DNA of 60,695 nucleotides from an uncultured Candidatus Saccharibacteria bacterium (GTDB taxonomy: Bacteria > Patescibacteriota > Minisyncoccia > Phycocordibacterales > UBA918). The stretch spans positions 55,193-115,887 of the forward strand of contig CAZSOS010000001.1 in assembly GCA_964608605.1 (NCBI GenBank). The letters are read 5' to 3'. The notes under the pieces are model-generated. The model was given only the letters and a program-made list of their open reading frames with translations, made no database searches and had not been told where the DNA came from. Positions within the stretch are counted from its first letter, which is position 1, and each line of letters opens with the position of its first letter. The translations under genes were made by a program, and so were the position numbers. This document shows, one piece after another, positions 44,881-53,965 of the stretch.

Positions 44881-47124
44881 ATGTTTATTACCTTACCTCG
44901 ATCAATTCAAAGAACAGCGACAATTATTACGCTGCTCGCATTACTAGCGACTTCATTTCCGCTTGGAGTCATGACCGCTTTGGCGGCCAGGACTGGCGTC
45001 ACTCTGGTTGCGCAATCGGTTTCTGCGGCAACAACAAGCACCAATATTTCTCTGAAGGCAACTATTGGAGGTGATGGTCAAGATACCGCCACTTTAAACT
45101 TTAGCGATAATAGCGGTGGCGGGATATTTTCAAATGGAAACACCAGTGGTGGATGTACAAGTGAGCTTTCCACAACCTCTCCTTCACTGACTGTAGCTTC
45201 TGGAACCAGCAATAAAGGTTTTTGCTACAAAAATGACGTTGCTGGAACTTATACGCTTTCCGTAGAGCTGGTAGCGTCAAGTACTTCGATAGATACCGCT
45301 GATATTGTAGTGACCATAACTGATCCGGTCGTGGTTTCACCAACGGTATCGGCCTGTGTTTCTTATAGCGCGGTGCATACTACCGATTTAGGAACATGGG
45401 ACTTGAGTGAGACTCGGCTTACCGGCCACAATGAGCTTTTGGACGATAGTCTGCATGTTTGGACAGAGGGTACAACCAGTAATGATAAGGCAGCCGGATA
45501 TTACGCGACTGACTTTGCGTTGGCTGATATTGGAGAGGGGTTTTCGGTAACATCGACGGGTACTAGCAGTCCAGCCACTGCATTACCAGCATTGCAGATC
45601 GTCTTGAGCTCCGGTCAAATATTGGTCTATGAACCTGGCGCATACGGTGTCAATAATGTCTGGTCAAATCAGGTGGTACCTGGGTTGATTGCCGGAGCCG
45701 GTTATGTGTCGTTTGGTTCCGTAAATGATATTTTGGCAGCCAGCTCCACGATTCGAGTTTCCGCTATCGGGTATAGTCTGGGGTCAGGCGTTCTTGGCGA
45801 CCATATAATTGAAAAAATTACTGTTGGTTGCATAGAGTACACTTTCGGTCTTCCGGTAATTCCTCCGACTTTCTCAGCTAACACTACGGTAGTCACTCCA
45901 GATAATATGCAGAACTGGGCGTTCTTTACTGAGAACGCTGTAGGTGGCCAATCCGGTCAGATCGTAGAAGGACCTGCTGGCCAACCTCTTGGTTCTGGAA
46001 GCGCGCAATTCGTCTTGACTGATAGTAGCGAAGCTCAAGTTCTGGGTACTACGGAGCTTGCTGGTACACCTCTTAAGGATATCACCGCACTCACTTACCA
46101 GACTTACAGAACCGCTTCCGCTGACCCAGCTCAAGCTCCGGCCCTAGCCTTTGAGTTTGATAACGATGTTACAGACGCAGATACAGGGTGGCGAGGTCGC
46201 ATGGTATATGAGCCATATCATGCTCATACTGTGAATACTGGAGTTTGGGAGGAGTGGAATACTCTAGACAATGCTCCGGCGGGCAATTGGTGGGGTAGTG
46301 GAAACGCTCTTTCTACCCTTGATGAAGAGTGTCCACAATCCAATCCGTGTACTTGGCAAGAGGTTTTGACGAAGTTTCCTAACGCTGGTATTAGAGATGC
46401 CGGTGCCGGGACTGGGCTGCTGCTGTTTAAGGCGGGAAGTGGCTGGGCTAACTTCGACGGAAATGTAGACAAACTGGTTATTGGTATCAAGACCGGAAAT
46501 AACATTCATACCGAAACCTACGACTTTGATCCGAATCCACCAGTTACTCCAATTACTAATTCTTCCGGAGGAACAAGTAGTGGTGGACGTGCTGGAAACT
46601 CTGGTACCGACGGTCCAACCCCGCAGGTTCTGGGTGCTTCAACTGATGAAGAGCTTTATCAGCTTCTTGAAGCCATCAAACAGCGCTTGACCGTACTACT
46701 TCTTGAGTCATACGCTTCTGGTCAGACTCCGGTACCGGTTCCTGGTCAGGTGGCAGGTGTGTCTGTTCCATCAGTTAATGCTCAAGTACCTGAAATAGAA
46801 GACGAGGAGATAGAAGAAGATATCACTACACCTTCGGTCATTGATGGTGAGGACGAGAATGTGGTTGAGGAAGCCTTGGATAAAGACTGGACTTGGTTTG
46901 CTTGGGTCTTCGTCATCCTCTGGCTCGCGGCTACCGCTACCGCCTTTTGGCGCCGCCGCACTTACGCTGAGACCTTAGCCGTGAAGACTGTGCAATTAGG
47001 TTTTGGAGCTGTAGCCCTGATCTTATTGGCCATATTCTTCATGTTTGGAGTTGTTGGTATTTTCTGGCCGGCCCTGATCGTGGCGGTGGGTGCCATCACC
47101 ACTTTCTTCTGGACCTTGGAGTAG
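44881..47124 (+). CDS. Large secreted surface protein with C-terminal 3-TM anchor
   Basis: Signal peptide; shares a ~210-aa module with 39697..44667; hydrophobic C-terminus. Confidence 0.8.
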   Translation: MFITLPRSIQRTATIITLLALLATSFPLGVMTALAARTGVTLVAQSVSAATTSTNISLKATIGGDGQDTATLNFSDNSGGGIFSNGNTSGGCTSELSTTSPSLTVASGTSNKGFCYKNDVAGTYTLSVELVASSTSIDTADIVVTITDPVVVSPTVSACVSYSAVHTTDLGTWDLSETRLTGHNELLDDSLHVWTEGTTSNDKAAGYYATDFALADIGEGFSVTSTGTSSPATALPALQIVLSSGQILVYEPGAYGVNNVWSNQVVPGLIAGAGYVSFGSVNDILAASSTIRVSAIGYSLGSGVLGDHIIEKITVGCIEYTFGLPVIPPTFSANTTVVTPDNMQNWAFFTENAVGGQSGQIVEGPAGQPLGSGSAQFVLTDSSEAQVLGTTELAGTPLKDITALTYQTYRTASADPAQAPALAFEFDNDVTDADTGWRGRMVYEPYHAHTVNTGVWEEWNTLDNAPAGNWWGSGNALSTLDEECPQSNPCTWQEVLTKFPNAGIRDAGAGTGLLLFKAGSGWANFDGNVDKLVIGIKTGNNIHTETYDFDPNPPVTPITNSSGGTSSGGRAGNSGTDGPTPQVLGASTDEELYQLLEAIKQRLTVLLLESYASGQTPVPVPGQVAGVSVPSVNAQVPEIEDEEIEEDITTPSVIDGEDENVVEEALDKDWTWFAWVFVILWLAATATAFWRRRTYAETLAVKTVQLGFGAVALILLAIFFMFGVVGIFWPALIVAVGAITTFFWTLE

Positions 47125-47147
47125 GAGATGGTCTTTTGAAAGGAAAC

Positions 47148-47180
47148 AGAAAAGGCGCGAGCGAAGCTCGCGCCTTTTCT
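47148..47180 (+). terminator. Intrinsic terminator
   Basis: AGAAAAGGCGCGAGC-GAA-GCTCGCGCCTTTTCT. Confidence 0.8.
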
Positions 47181-47207
47181 TTGATCAGGTGGTGATATAA
47201 TCGGGGC

Positions 47208-48209
47208 ATGAGAAACTGGCTGGGAAAATTCATGGGCCCGGAGGAAGAGGTAGATCTAAAGCCGCACGCCTTGCAGCGGGCGGCTTTGGTGGGTATGACG
47301 GCCTTGGTCCTGATATCTTTCTCCATCGCCAACCTGCAATCGATCATCTGGTTTTCTTCCGACTGGCTGGTGTCGACCATCCTGCCGGCGGTGGTGACCG
47401 ACGCGACCAATGAGGCGCGCGCGGCCGAAGGCCGCGCGCCGTTGTCGCGCAACTCCTTCCTGGACGAAGCGGCCAGATTGAAGGCTGAGGATATGGCGCT
47501 AAACGGTTACTTCGCTCACTGGAGTCCCACGGGCGTATCTCCTTGGCATTGGTTCGGCGCCGCCGGTTACGCCTATGCCCACGCGGGGGAGAACCTGGCC
47601 GTGCATTTCACCGATTCGACCGCGGTGGTGGATGCCTGGCTCGATTCGCCGACCCACCGCGCCAACATCATGAGCGATCGCTACACCGAGATCGGTATCG
47701 GCACCGCTAAAGGCAGATACGAGGGCTTTGATACCGTCTTCGTGGTGCAGATGTTCGGTACTCCCGTGGCCAACGTGAGCGCGCCGACCGCCATCGATCC
47801 CGCGGCACCGGTTGAAGCCGAAGAGGAAACCGCTACCATCGCGCCGCCGATAGTGGCCGGAGTGGAGACCGATACCAGCGTCGGGGTCACCGATGACGGC
47901 ACGGTGGTCTACGAAAGCTTTGCCGCCACCACGGCGGACAACGTGGAGCAGCTCATCTCCTCGACCGAAGGCAAGACCATCACGCCGCCGTCGGCCCTGA
48001 CTCGGGTCCTTACCTCGCCACGATTGATGCTCCAGATCGCCTATACCATCATCGGCGTCTTGGTGGCGCTGGCGCTCATCGCTTCGATCATGATCGAGTG
48101 GCGCCGCCACCATCCCGTGCAGATAGCCTACGCCACGGCGCTGCTTTTGTTCATGATGGTCCTGTTCGAGGTGCATTTGGCTGTCTCCCGCGGCGTTACC
48201 ATCGCGTAA
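47208..48209 (+). CDS. CAP/SCP-domain membrane protein
   Basis: KAEDMALNGYFAH, AGENLA, WLDSPTHRANI, EIGIG. Confidence 0.92.
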   Translation: MRNWLGKFMGPEEEVDLKPHALQRAALVGMTALVLISFSIANLQSIIWFSSDWLVSTILPAVVTDATNEARAAEGRAPLSRNSFLDEAARLKAEDMALNGYFAHWSPTGVSPWHWFGAAGYAYAHAGENLAVHFTDSTAVVDAWLDSPTHRANIMSDRYTEIGIGTAKGRYEGFDTVFVVQMFGTPVANVSAPTAIDPAAPVEAEEETATIAPPIVAGVETDTSVGVTDDGTVVYESFAATTADNVEQLISSTEGKTITPPSALTRVLTSPRLMLQIAYTIIGVLVALALIASIMIEWRRHHPVQIAYATALLLFMMVLFEVHLAVSRGVTIA

Positions 48210-48332
48210 AACTTCCTAAATGACCGAATTTGCATTCGCCTCAGTCGGACCGCTTGGTCGCTATAGCTCTATCTACGTCTTCCGCGCGGTCCTCCTTCCA
48301 GCGAACGCAACTTCATCTCATTTGGGAAGTTT
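48209..48332. repeat. ~124-bp long hairpin element, homologous to 30540-30666
   Basis: Arms AAACTTCCTAAATGA / TCATTTGGGAAGTTT; inner TTGCATTCGC/GCGAACGCAA and GGACCGC/GCGGTCC. Confidence 0.8.
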
Positions 48333-48341
48333 CTATAATGT

Positions 48342-48644
48342 ATGAGCAAAGTTTTTAACGTGATGAAGGGTGGCGACGAAGAGCGCCCGCTCGACATCCA
48401 TGATTACATGGTCAAGCACCCGGCCTCGACCTTCTTCCTGAAGATGGAAGGGGAGGGGCCAGAAGACAGCGGTATCGAGGCCGGCGACGTCCTGGTCGTC
48501 GACCGGTCGCAGGACCCGAAACTCGGCAGTCTCATTGTGGTCGCCATCGATGGCGAACTGAAGGTGGAGGAATTTTCCAAGAAAGAGGACGAGGAAAAGG
48601 TCCTCTGGGGTGTCGTTACTGGCCTTCTCCGGCGATTATCTTAG
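48342..48644 (+). CDS. UmuD'-like S24-fold protein lacking the cleavage site and catalytic Ser/Lys
   Basis: HPASTFFLKMEG...GDVLVVDRS...IVVAIDGE...WGVV aligns with UmuD. Confidence 0.8.
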   Translation: MSKVFNVMKGGDEERPLDIHDYMVKHPASTFFLKMEGEGPEDSGIEAGDVLVVDRSQDPKLGSLIVVAIDGELKVEEFSKKEDEEKVLWGVVTGLLRRLS

Positions 48645-48741
48645 ACACTCCCAAAAAAGTCTGAGATGTCTTTGTAAAAAAGAAAAGCCTATGATTTAAA
48701 AGTTCCAACTTCGTTTGAGACGATCATAGTATAATCGCTTT

Positions 48742-49197
48742 ATGGATGAAGATATCGCTCATGACGATTCGTATTACGAACAGTTCGTAATAAAACGATA
48801 CAAACACTGGACGCTTCAGTTAGAAGAAAAGCAAAGATACCTAGGTCAGGCGGTCGCCTGGCTTGAGCGTGAAGGCGATATGCAGAGGCTGTCTTCACTA
48901 ACAGAGTCGGAACGCGCCGAACTTTGGGAAAAGGTATTGCCTGACTATGAGACCATTCTCCAAGATCTCTGGCAGCCCGACCATCTTAACTATGCGTGGT
49001 TAGGAAATTTCTTTCACATGCACAAAGGTCATGGACATCTTCATCTTATTCCACGATATGAAAACCCTCGTACTTTTAACGGGAGAGAGTTCGTTGATGA
49101 CCGATGGGGACAAAATTATGTACCGTACTCTCAAGAGCCTGTCTCTATAGAAATGGCTTTGGCAGTGAAAGAAGCATTCGTTTCAAAGTTAAGCTAA
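48742..49197 (+). CDS. HIT-family hydrolase
   Basis: PDHLNYAWLGN...HGHLHLIPRY histidine triad; AT-rich. Confidence 0.85.
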   Translation: MDEDIAHDDSYYEQFVIKRYKHWTLQLEEKQRYLGQAVAWLEREGDMQRLSSLTESERAELWEKVLPDYETILQDLWQPDHLNYAWLGNFFHMHKGHGHLHLIPRYENPRTFNGREFVDDRWGQNYVPYSQEPVSIEMALAVKEAFVSKLS

Positions 49198-49285
49198 GGC
49201 TATGAAAGCTTCATGTTTCAAACGGCCAAGCTAACTAAGTAAAAGACTCGTCGCGAGACGAGCCTTTGTAAATTTGTGGATACCG

Positions 49286-49570
49286 CTACGCGTCCGGATT
49301 GATCCAACCCGTATCGCTGTCCAGAAGGGCTTTTATGTCATCGGGTTCCATCGGTTCGAGTCCGACTTCGATGTACCCCCTATCGGGAGTGTGGATAACT
49401 TCCTCCACCATGAAAAATTTGTCGTGCCCCGTGGCCTCCATTGCCCAGTACGAGCCGATCTCCGGAACTGGCCAATCCTGATAAGACTTTTGGATGGCGG
49501 TGGGTCCCTTTTTCCCTTCCTCTTCCTGTGCTTCCATGTTCACGGTGGCGCTAACCAATAGTGGTGGCAT
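49286..49570 (-). CDS. Hypothetical protein (94 aa)
   Basis: AAGGAGG RBS 7 nt upstream of ATG 49570. Confidence 0.65.
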   Translation of the reverse strand: MPPLLVSATVNMEAQEEEGKKGPTAIQKSYQDWPVPEIGSYWAMEATGHDKFFMVEEVIHTPDRGYIEVGLEPMEPDDIKALLDSDTGWINPDA

Positions 49571-49674
49571 GTGAGAACCTCCTTTTGACCGAGGCGTAGA
49601 TTGACATAAAATTCTAATATAGTCAATTTTCCAATGAAACACTTTGCATGACGTCTCTGCAAAAGTTCGAGGAT

Positions 49675-49705
49675 AAAAAGTCGCGCTACCCAAAGGTAGC
49701 GCGAC
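49675..49705 (-). terminator. Intrinsic terminator of the GNAT gene
   Basis: GTCGCGCTACC/GGTAGCGCGAC followed by TTTTT on the minus strand. Confidence 0.75.
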
Positions 49706-49717
49706 GATCTGTGTTGG

Positions 49718-50290
49718 TCACAGACCTTTTTTGTATTCTTCCCAAAGCGGACGCCAGCGTTCTTGCGTCACGACGAGAAGGATCTCGTCGTGACGCTCGC
49801 CGTGGCGTCTTATCCAACTCGGGATCCTTCCCACTTCTTCGTAACCGCACTTTTTGCCGTAGGCTAGGGAACGGCCGTTGAAGGCGAATACTTTAGAGAG
49901 GATCACCTCCAGATCGAGTTCGTTAAAGGCGAAGTCCAGCAGGAGCATTTTTGCGTCCGTGCCATATCCCTTGCCCTGATACTCTTTGTCACCGATCACT
50001 GTACCGGTTATAGCATTACGGTTAACGAGGTCGATCTGATGTAGGCCGATCGTACCTATGAACCTATCGTCTTTGATAGTGTGGATAGCGAAGGCTACAT
50101 TTTTCGGGTCTTTGCCCTGGTTGTCCATCCACTCCTCTTCTTCGCGAAAAGTCATGGGATAAACCCGCATCAAATATCGCGTCACCTCCTGATTGTTCAT
50201 CCACCCGAGTGCCGTCTCGGAGTGTAATGATTTGTAGAGCGTCCTGATATAGACGAGTTTGCCTTGACGAAATGCCAAATTGCTGGACAT
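49718..50290 (-). CDS. GNAT acetyltransferase (RimJ/RimL-like)
   Basis: FIGTIGL, YQGKGYGTDA, FNGRSLAYGKKCGY. Confidence 0.9.
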   Translation of the reverse strand: MSSNLAFRQGKLVYIRTLYKSLHSETALGWMNNQEVTRYLMRVYPMTFREEEEWMDNQGKDPKNVAFAIHTIKDDRFIGTIGLHQIDLVNRNAITGTVIGDKEYQGKGYGTDAKMLLLDFAFNELDLEVILSKVFAFNGRSLAYGKKCGYEEVGRIPSWIRRHGERHDEILLVVTQERWRPLWEEYKKGL

Positions 50291-50574
50291 GGTAGGAACC
50301 TTTCTGTTAAAGAACTTTGTTTGCTGAACAAAAAACTCGGCTTTCATTCAGCCGAGAGTTTTCAATAAAGGATTTTATTGGAGGAGTTTACATAGAAACT
50401 TCACGGCTAAATACAAGCTGATTCGCGCTATCGGGGAGGGTATAGGAAAATGCCCACGCGGACGCGCGTTCAATCTTCGTATTCATTCCGTATGCGTTTC
50501 TATGCATATGTTTATGATGATACAACAGACCCCTCTCATGTCAAGCTAGGGGAGTCTGAGCGTATAATTGTCTC

Positions 50575-51822
50575 ATGAGATACGTCGGGCTGGCGGATTG
50601 CAATAACTTCTTCGTCTCTTGCGAGCGGGTGTTCCGGCCGGACCTGTGGGAGAAGCCGGTGGCGGTGCTGTCCAATAACGACGGTGCCATCGTGGCCCGC
50701 TCGAACGAAGTGAAGGCACTTGGCGTGCCGATGGGCGTGCCGTACTTCAAGGTGAGGGAGATCCTGGAGAAGCACCAGGTCGCCATCTTCTCTTCGAACT
50801 TCGATCTGTATCGGGACATGTCGGCGCGGGTCATGAAGGTGCTCCAAGAAGAGTTGGGGGAGATCGAGCAGTATTCGGTGGATGAGACCTTCTTTAGGAT
50901 GGACGTGCCGGACGTCGCGGCCGGCCTGGTCGCTTTGTCACGGCTGCGGGACCTGGTGCGGAAGCGTATCGGCATTCCGATGTCCTTCGGCTTGGCGCCT
51001 TCGAAGACGATCGCCAAATTCGCTGGTGAACAGGAGAAGCGGGGCAGCGGAGTCTGTCTCTTGACCAAGGAGGCATGGATAAAGCGGGCGCCGGAAGTGT
51101 CGCTTAGCGATCTGTGGGGTGTCGGCGGCGCGATGAGCCGCAGATTTCGGGACGCCGGACTGAACACGGTGTCCGATCTTTTGGCCGCGGACCCGGCCCG
51201 GGTGGCCAAGCTGTTCGGGGTATACGGCACGCGACTTAGAGCCGAGGTATCGGGCGAACTTACCAGAGCTTCAACGGCGCGAGACGATCTGCCTCAAAGT
51301 ATCATGAGTACCAGGTCTTTCTCCAAGACCACCACGTCTTTCTCGGTGTTGGCGGAGGCATTGGCCTACCATGTCTCTCGGGCGGCGGAAGAGCTGCGCG
51401 GGCACGGCGCGGTGGCCGGCAAGATCACGGCCCTCATCCTGACCAACCGGCACGACGACTGGGTCTTGCACGGCGGCGGACGGGAATCTCTCCTACCACA
51501 AGCCACCAGCGACACCCGAATTCTGCTCAAGGAAGCGCTCCGTCTATCCAGGCAGGTCTACGAGGAGGACGTACCGTACAAGAAGGCGGGAGTGGTGCTC
51601 GGCTTCATTCGGCCGGACGAATTCAGGCAAGCCGATCTGTTCGAGGAAGACGCCATGGAGAACGAGGCGCTCATGAAGGCCGTCGATCATCTGAACCGGA
51701 AGATCGGCACCGACGCGGTCACCATCGGGCGCGTGAAGGATCGGGCTGGTTGGGATTCCCGACGCGACCATCGCTCGCCGGCGTACACCACCGATTGGAA
51801 CGAACTTCCGCCCGCGCGGTAA
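50575..51822 (+). CDS. umuC: Y-family DNA polymerase V catalytic subunit
   Basis: DCNNFFVS, VLSNNDG, YSVDE, and a C-terminal UmuC tail (SPAYTTDWNEL). Confidence 0.9.
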   Translation: MRYVGLADCNNFFVSCERVFRPDLWEKPVAVLSNNDGAIVARSNEVKALGVPMGVPYFKVREILEKHQVAIFSSNFDLYRDMSARVMKVLQEELGEIEQYSVDETFFRMDVPDVAAGLVALSRLRDLVRKRIGIPMSFGLAPSKTIAKFAGEQEKRGSGVCLLTKEAWIKRAPEVSLSDLWGVGGAMSRRFRDAGLNTVSDLLAADPARVAKLFGVYGTRLRAEVSGELTRASTARDDLPQSIMSTRSFSKTTTSFSVLAEALAYHVSRAAEELRGHGAVAGKITALILTNRHDDWVLHGGGRESLLPQATSDTRILLKEALRLSRQVYEEDVPYKKAGVVLGFIRPDEFRQADLFEEDAMENEALMKAVDHLNRKIGTDAVTIGRVKDRAGWDSRRDHRSPAYTTDWNELPPAR

Positions 51823-51880
51823 TTATCCACCCCGTGATCGCTTCTGGAATAATTTACGTGTGATAATGAGCGTACAAGTT

Positions 51881-52903
51881 ATGCGCGCTCTTTTGTTCTC
51901 CATCTCGGGCATCCTTTCGTTGGCGGCGCCATCGGCGGCGCTGGCGCAGAGCGTATCCGACGCGGAACTCTACGAAGGCGGGCCGGACGCGCCGGTAGTG
52001 CTCTCGACGCAGTTTCCCGACCAAGAGAAGTGGTATCGCTCCAGCGACGCCCGGTTCGCCTGGGGTCTGCCAGGGTACATCACCGCGGTCTCCGCCGAGT
52101 TGTCTAACGTGCCGGACGTGGAGCCGCAGCAGACCTACCGGCCGCCGATCTCCGAGCTAACGATAAAGGCCGCCGATCTTAAAGAAGGAACGCAGTACCT
52201 GCTGGTGCAGTTCCGCAACGTCGAAAAGTGGGGCCGGTATACGGCTTATAAGCTGATGATCGATGATACGCCGCCTGAGCCCTTCCGCGTCGGGCTCACT
52301 ACTCACTTGGGCGAACAGCGCGGCGTCGTCGCCTCCTTCGCGGCCGAGGACAAGCTGTCAGGCGTGGCGCATTTCGGCGTCTCCCTCAATCAGGGTCCGG
52401 AACACAGAGTGTCCGTGGACGAGGCGCGCCGCGGGTATTTCCTGCCGATCGACGGCGCGGGGGAGCAGCGGGTGAGCGTCAGGGCCTACGACCGGGCCGG
52501 CAACATCCAGGAATCTTCGGCCGCGGTGGTCACTCTGCCGCCGGTCACGATAGACTTCAGCCGTGATCCGGCCGGCTACGCCGCGGCCGAACCGGCTTCA
52601 ATATTGGTGGCCATCATGTCCCTGCTGACCCTCTTGATGTTCTCCTACATGGTGTACGAGCGCCAGCGCTACGCCCGCGGACTGGCGGAGCTGCGCGGCG
52701 AGACCGACGAGGTGCAGATGGAGATGCTCAAGGTCTTTTCGGCCCTGCGCGAAGAAATCTACGACCAGATCAACGCCATAGACAAGAAGCCGCGTCTCAG
52801 CAAGAAGGAAAAAGAAGCCATCGACGGACTCAATAAAGCCCTGGACGTGTCGGAGCGCCTGCTGCAGAAAGAGGTCAAGGACGTCAAGAAGATAATCGCC
52901 TAA
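51881..52903 (+). CDS. Secreted Ig-like protein with TM and cytoplasmic coiled coil
   Basis: Signal peptide, IDDTPPEPF, AEDKLSGV, AYDRAGN; start position uncertain. Confidence 0.7.
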   Translation: MRALLFSISGILSLAAPSAALAQSVSDAELYEGGPDAPVVLSTQFPDQEKWYRSSDARFAWGLPGYITAVSAELSNVPDVEPQQTYRPPISELTIKAADLKEGTQYLLVQFRNVEKWGRYTAYKLMIDDTPPEPFRVGLTTHLGEQRGVVASFAAEDKLSGVAHFGVSLNQGPEHRVSVDEARRGYFLPIDGAGEQRVSVRAYDRAGNIQESSAAVVTLPPVTIDFSRDPAGYAAAEPASILVAIMSLLTLLMFSYMVYERQRYARGLAELRGETDEVQMEMLKVFSALREEIYDQINAIDKKPRLSKKEKEAIDGLNKALDVSERLLQKEVKDVKKIIA

Positions 52904-52920
52904 TCTGCTATAATTCCCAT

Positions 52921-53949
52921 ATGTTATTGAATCGTGTGGTGGAATACGTCTTCTTCTTCGGCCTCATGGGCGTGGTCGGCTACTTGCTGTGGCAGATGAT
53001 GGCGCCCTTCGTCACGGCGCTGGCCTTGGCGGCAGTCATCGTCACTATCTGCTACCCCTTATACACCCGCATCCTGGAGAAGACGCCGCGGCAGAACGAG
53101 ACCGTGGCGGCCCTTCTCTCGGTGCTGCTGGTCTTGGTGATCGTGGTGATCCCGCTCTTCTGGATCACCTCCATGCTGGTCAGCGAGGCCGTCTCCGTCT
53201 ACCGCATCATCGGCAGCAGCCAGTACTCGGTTTCCGACACGGTCTACAACTTCGAAGAGATGGTAACCTCGCTCATTCCGGGCCTGCAGATCGACCTCAT
53301 CGGCTACGCGCAGCAGGGAGCCCAGTGGTTCGCCGGGAATCTCGGCGCCATCTTCGTTGGCACGGCGTCGACCATCTTCTCTTTCTTCATCGCCATGGTG
53401 GGCTGCTTCTACCTCTTCCGCGACGGTCGCCGCTTCGTGCATTCCCTCATCAAGATCAGCCCGTTGGCCGACATGGAGGATGGACTGATCTTGAAGCGGA
53501 TGGCTTCGGCGGTGCGCGGCGTCGCTACCGGCACGGTCCTCATCGCCATCATCCAGGGCGTGTCTTCGGCCATCGGCTTTTCCATATTTGGCTTCGACCG
53601 GGCGGTGCTGCTCGGTACCGTGGTGGCCATCACGGCGCTGGTGCCGGGTATCGGTCCGTCGGTGGTGTTCATCCCGGCGGCCATCTACTCACTCTTCGTC
53701 GGCGATTACGTCGCGGGGGTGGGATTGATCGTCTGGTTCTTGATCGCGGTCTCGCTCTTGGACAATATCCTGGGACCCTACCTCATGAGTCGGGCGCACC
53801 CGATGCATCCTTTCTTGGTGCTGCTCTCGGTTTTGGGCGGCTTGGTGCTGTTCGGGCCGATCGGCTTCATCGTCGGTCCGGTGATCACCAGCGTCTTCAT
53901 CGTCTTGCTGGAGATCTACGCCACGCACGTGGCGCCGGCGAATGACTGA
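52921..53949 (+). CDS. AI-2E family (PerM) transporter
   Basis: IAIIQG, LVPGIG, DNILGPYL, LGGLVLFGPIGFIVGP. Confidence 0.92.
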   Translation: MLLNRVVEYVFFFGLMGVVGYLLWQMMAPFVTALALAAVIVTICYPLYTRILEKTPRQNETVAALLSVLLVLVIVVIPLFWITSMLVSEAVSVYRIIGSSQYSVSDTVYNFEEMVTSLIPGLQIDLIGYAQQGAQWFAGNLGAIFVGTASTIFSFFIAMVGCFYLFRDGRRFVHSLIKISPLADMEDGLILKRMASAVRGVATGTVLIAIIQGVSSAIGFSIFGFDRAVLLGTVVAITALVPGIGPSVVFIPAAIYSLFVGDYVAGVGLIVWFLIAVSLLDNILGPYLMSRAHPMHPFLVLLSVLGGLVLFGPIGFIVGPVITSVFIVLLEIYATHVAPAND

Positions 53950-53965
53950 GTAAAATAATCACATA

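Noticed and set aside
48209-48332. SRP RNA or 6S RNA
   Set aside because: No CAGG-GGAA-AGCA helix-8 motif, no large central bubble, and a second homologous copy exists at 30.5 kb
50450-50578. 42-aa ORF overlapping the umuC start, with a faint GIY-YIG/T5orf172-like YAYVY..VKLGES segment
   Set aside because: Too short, overlaps the umuC -10 box, and the similarity is only impressionistic
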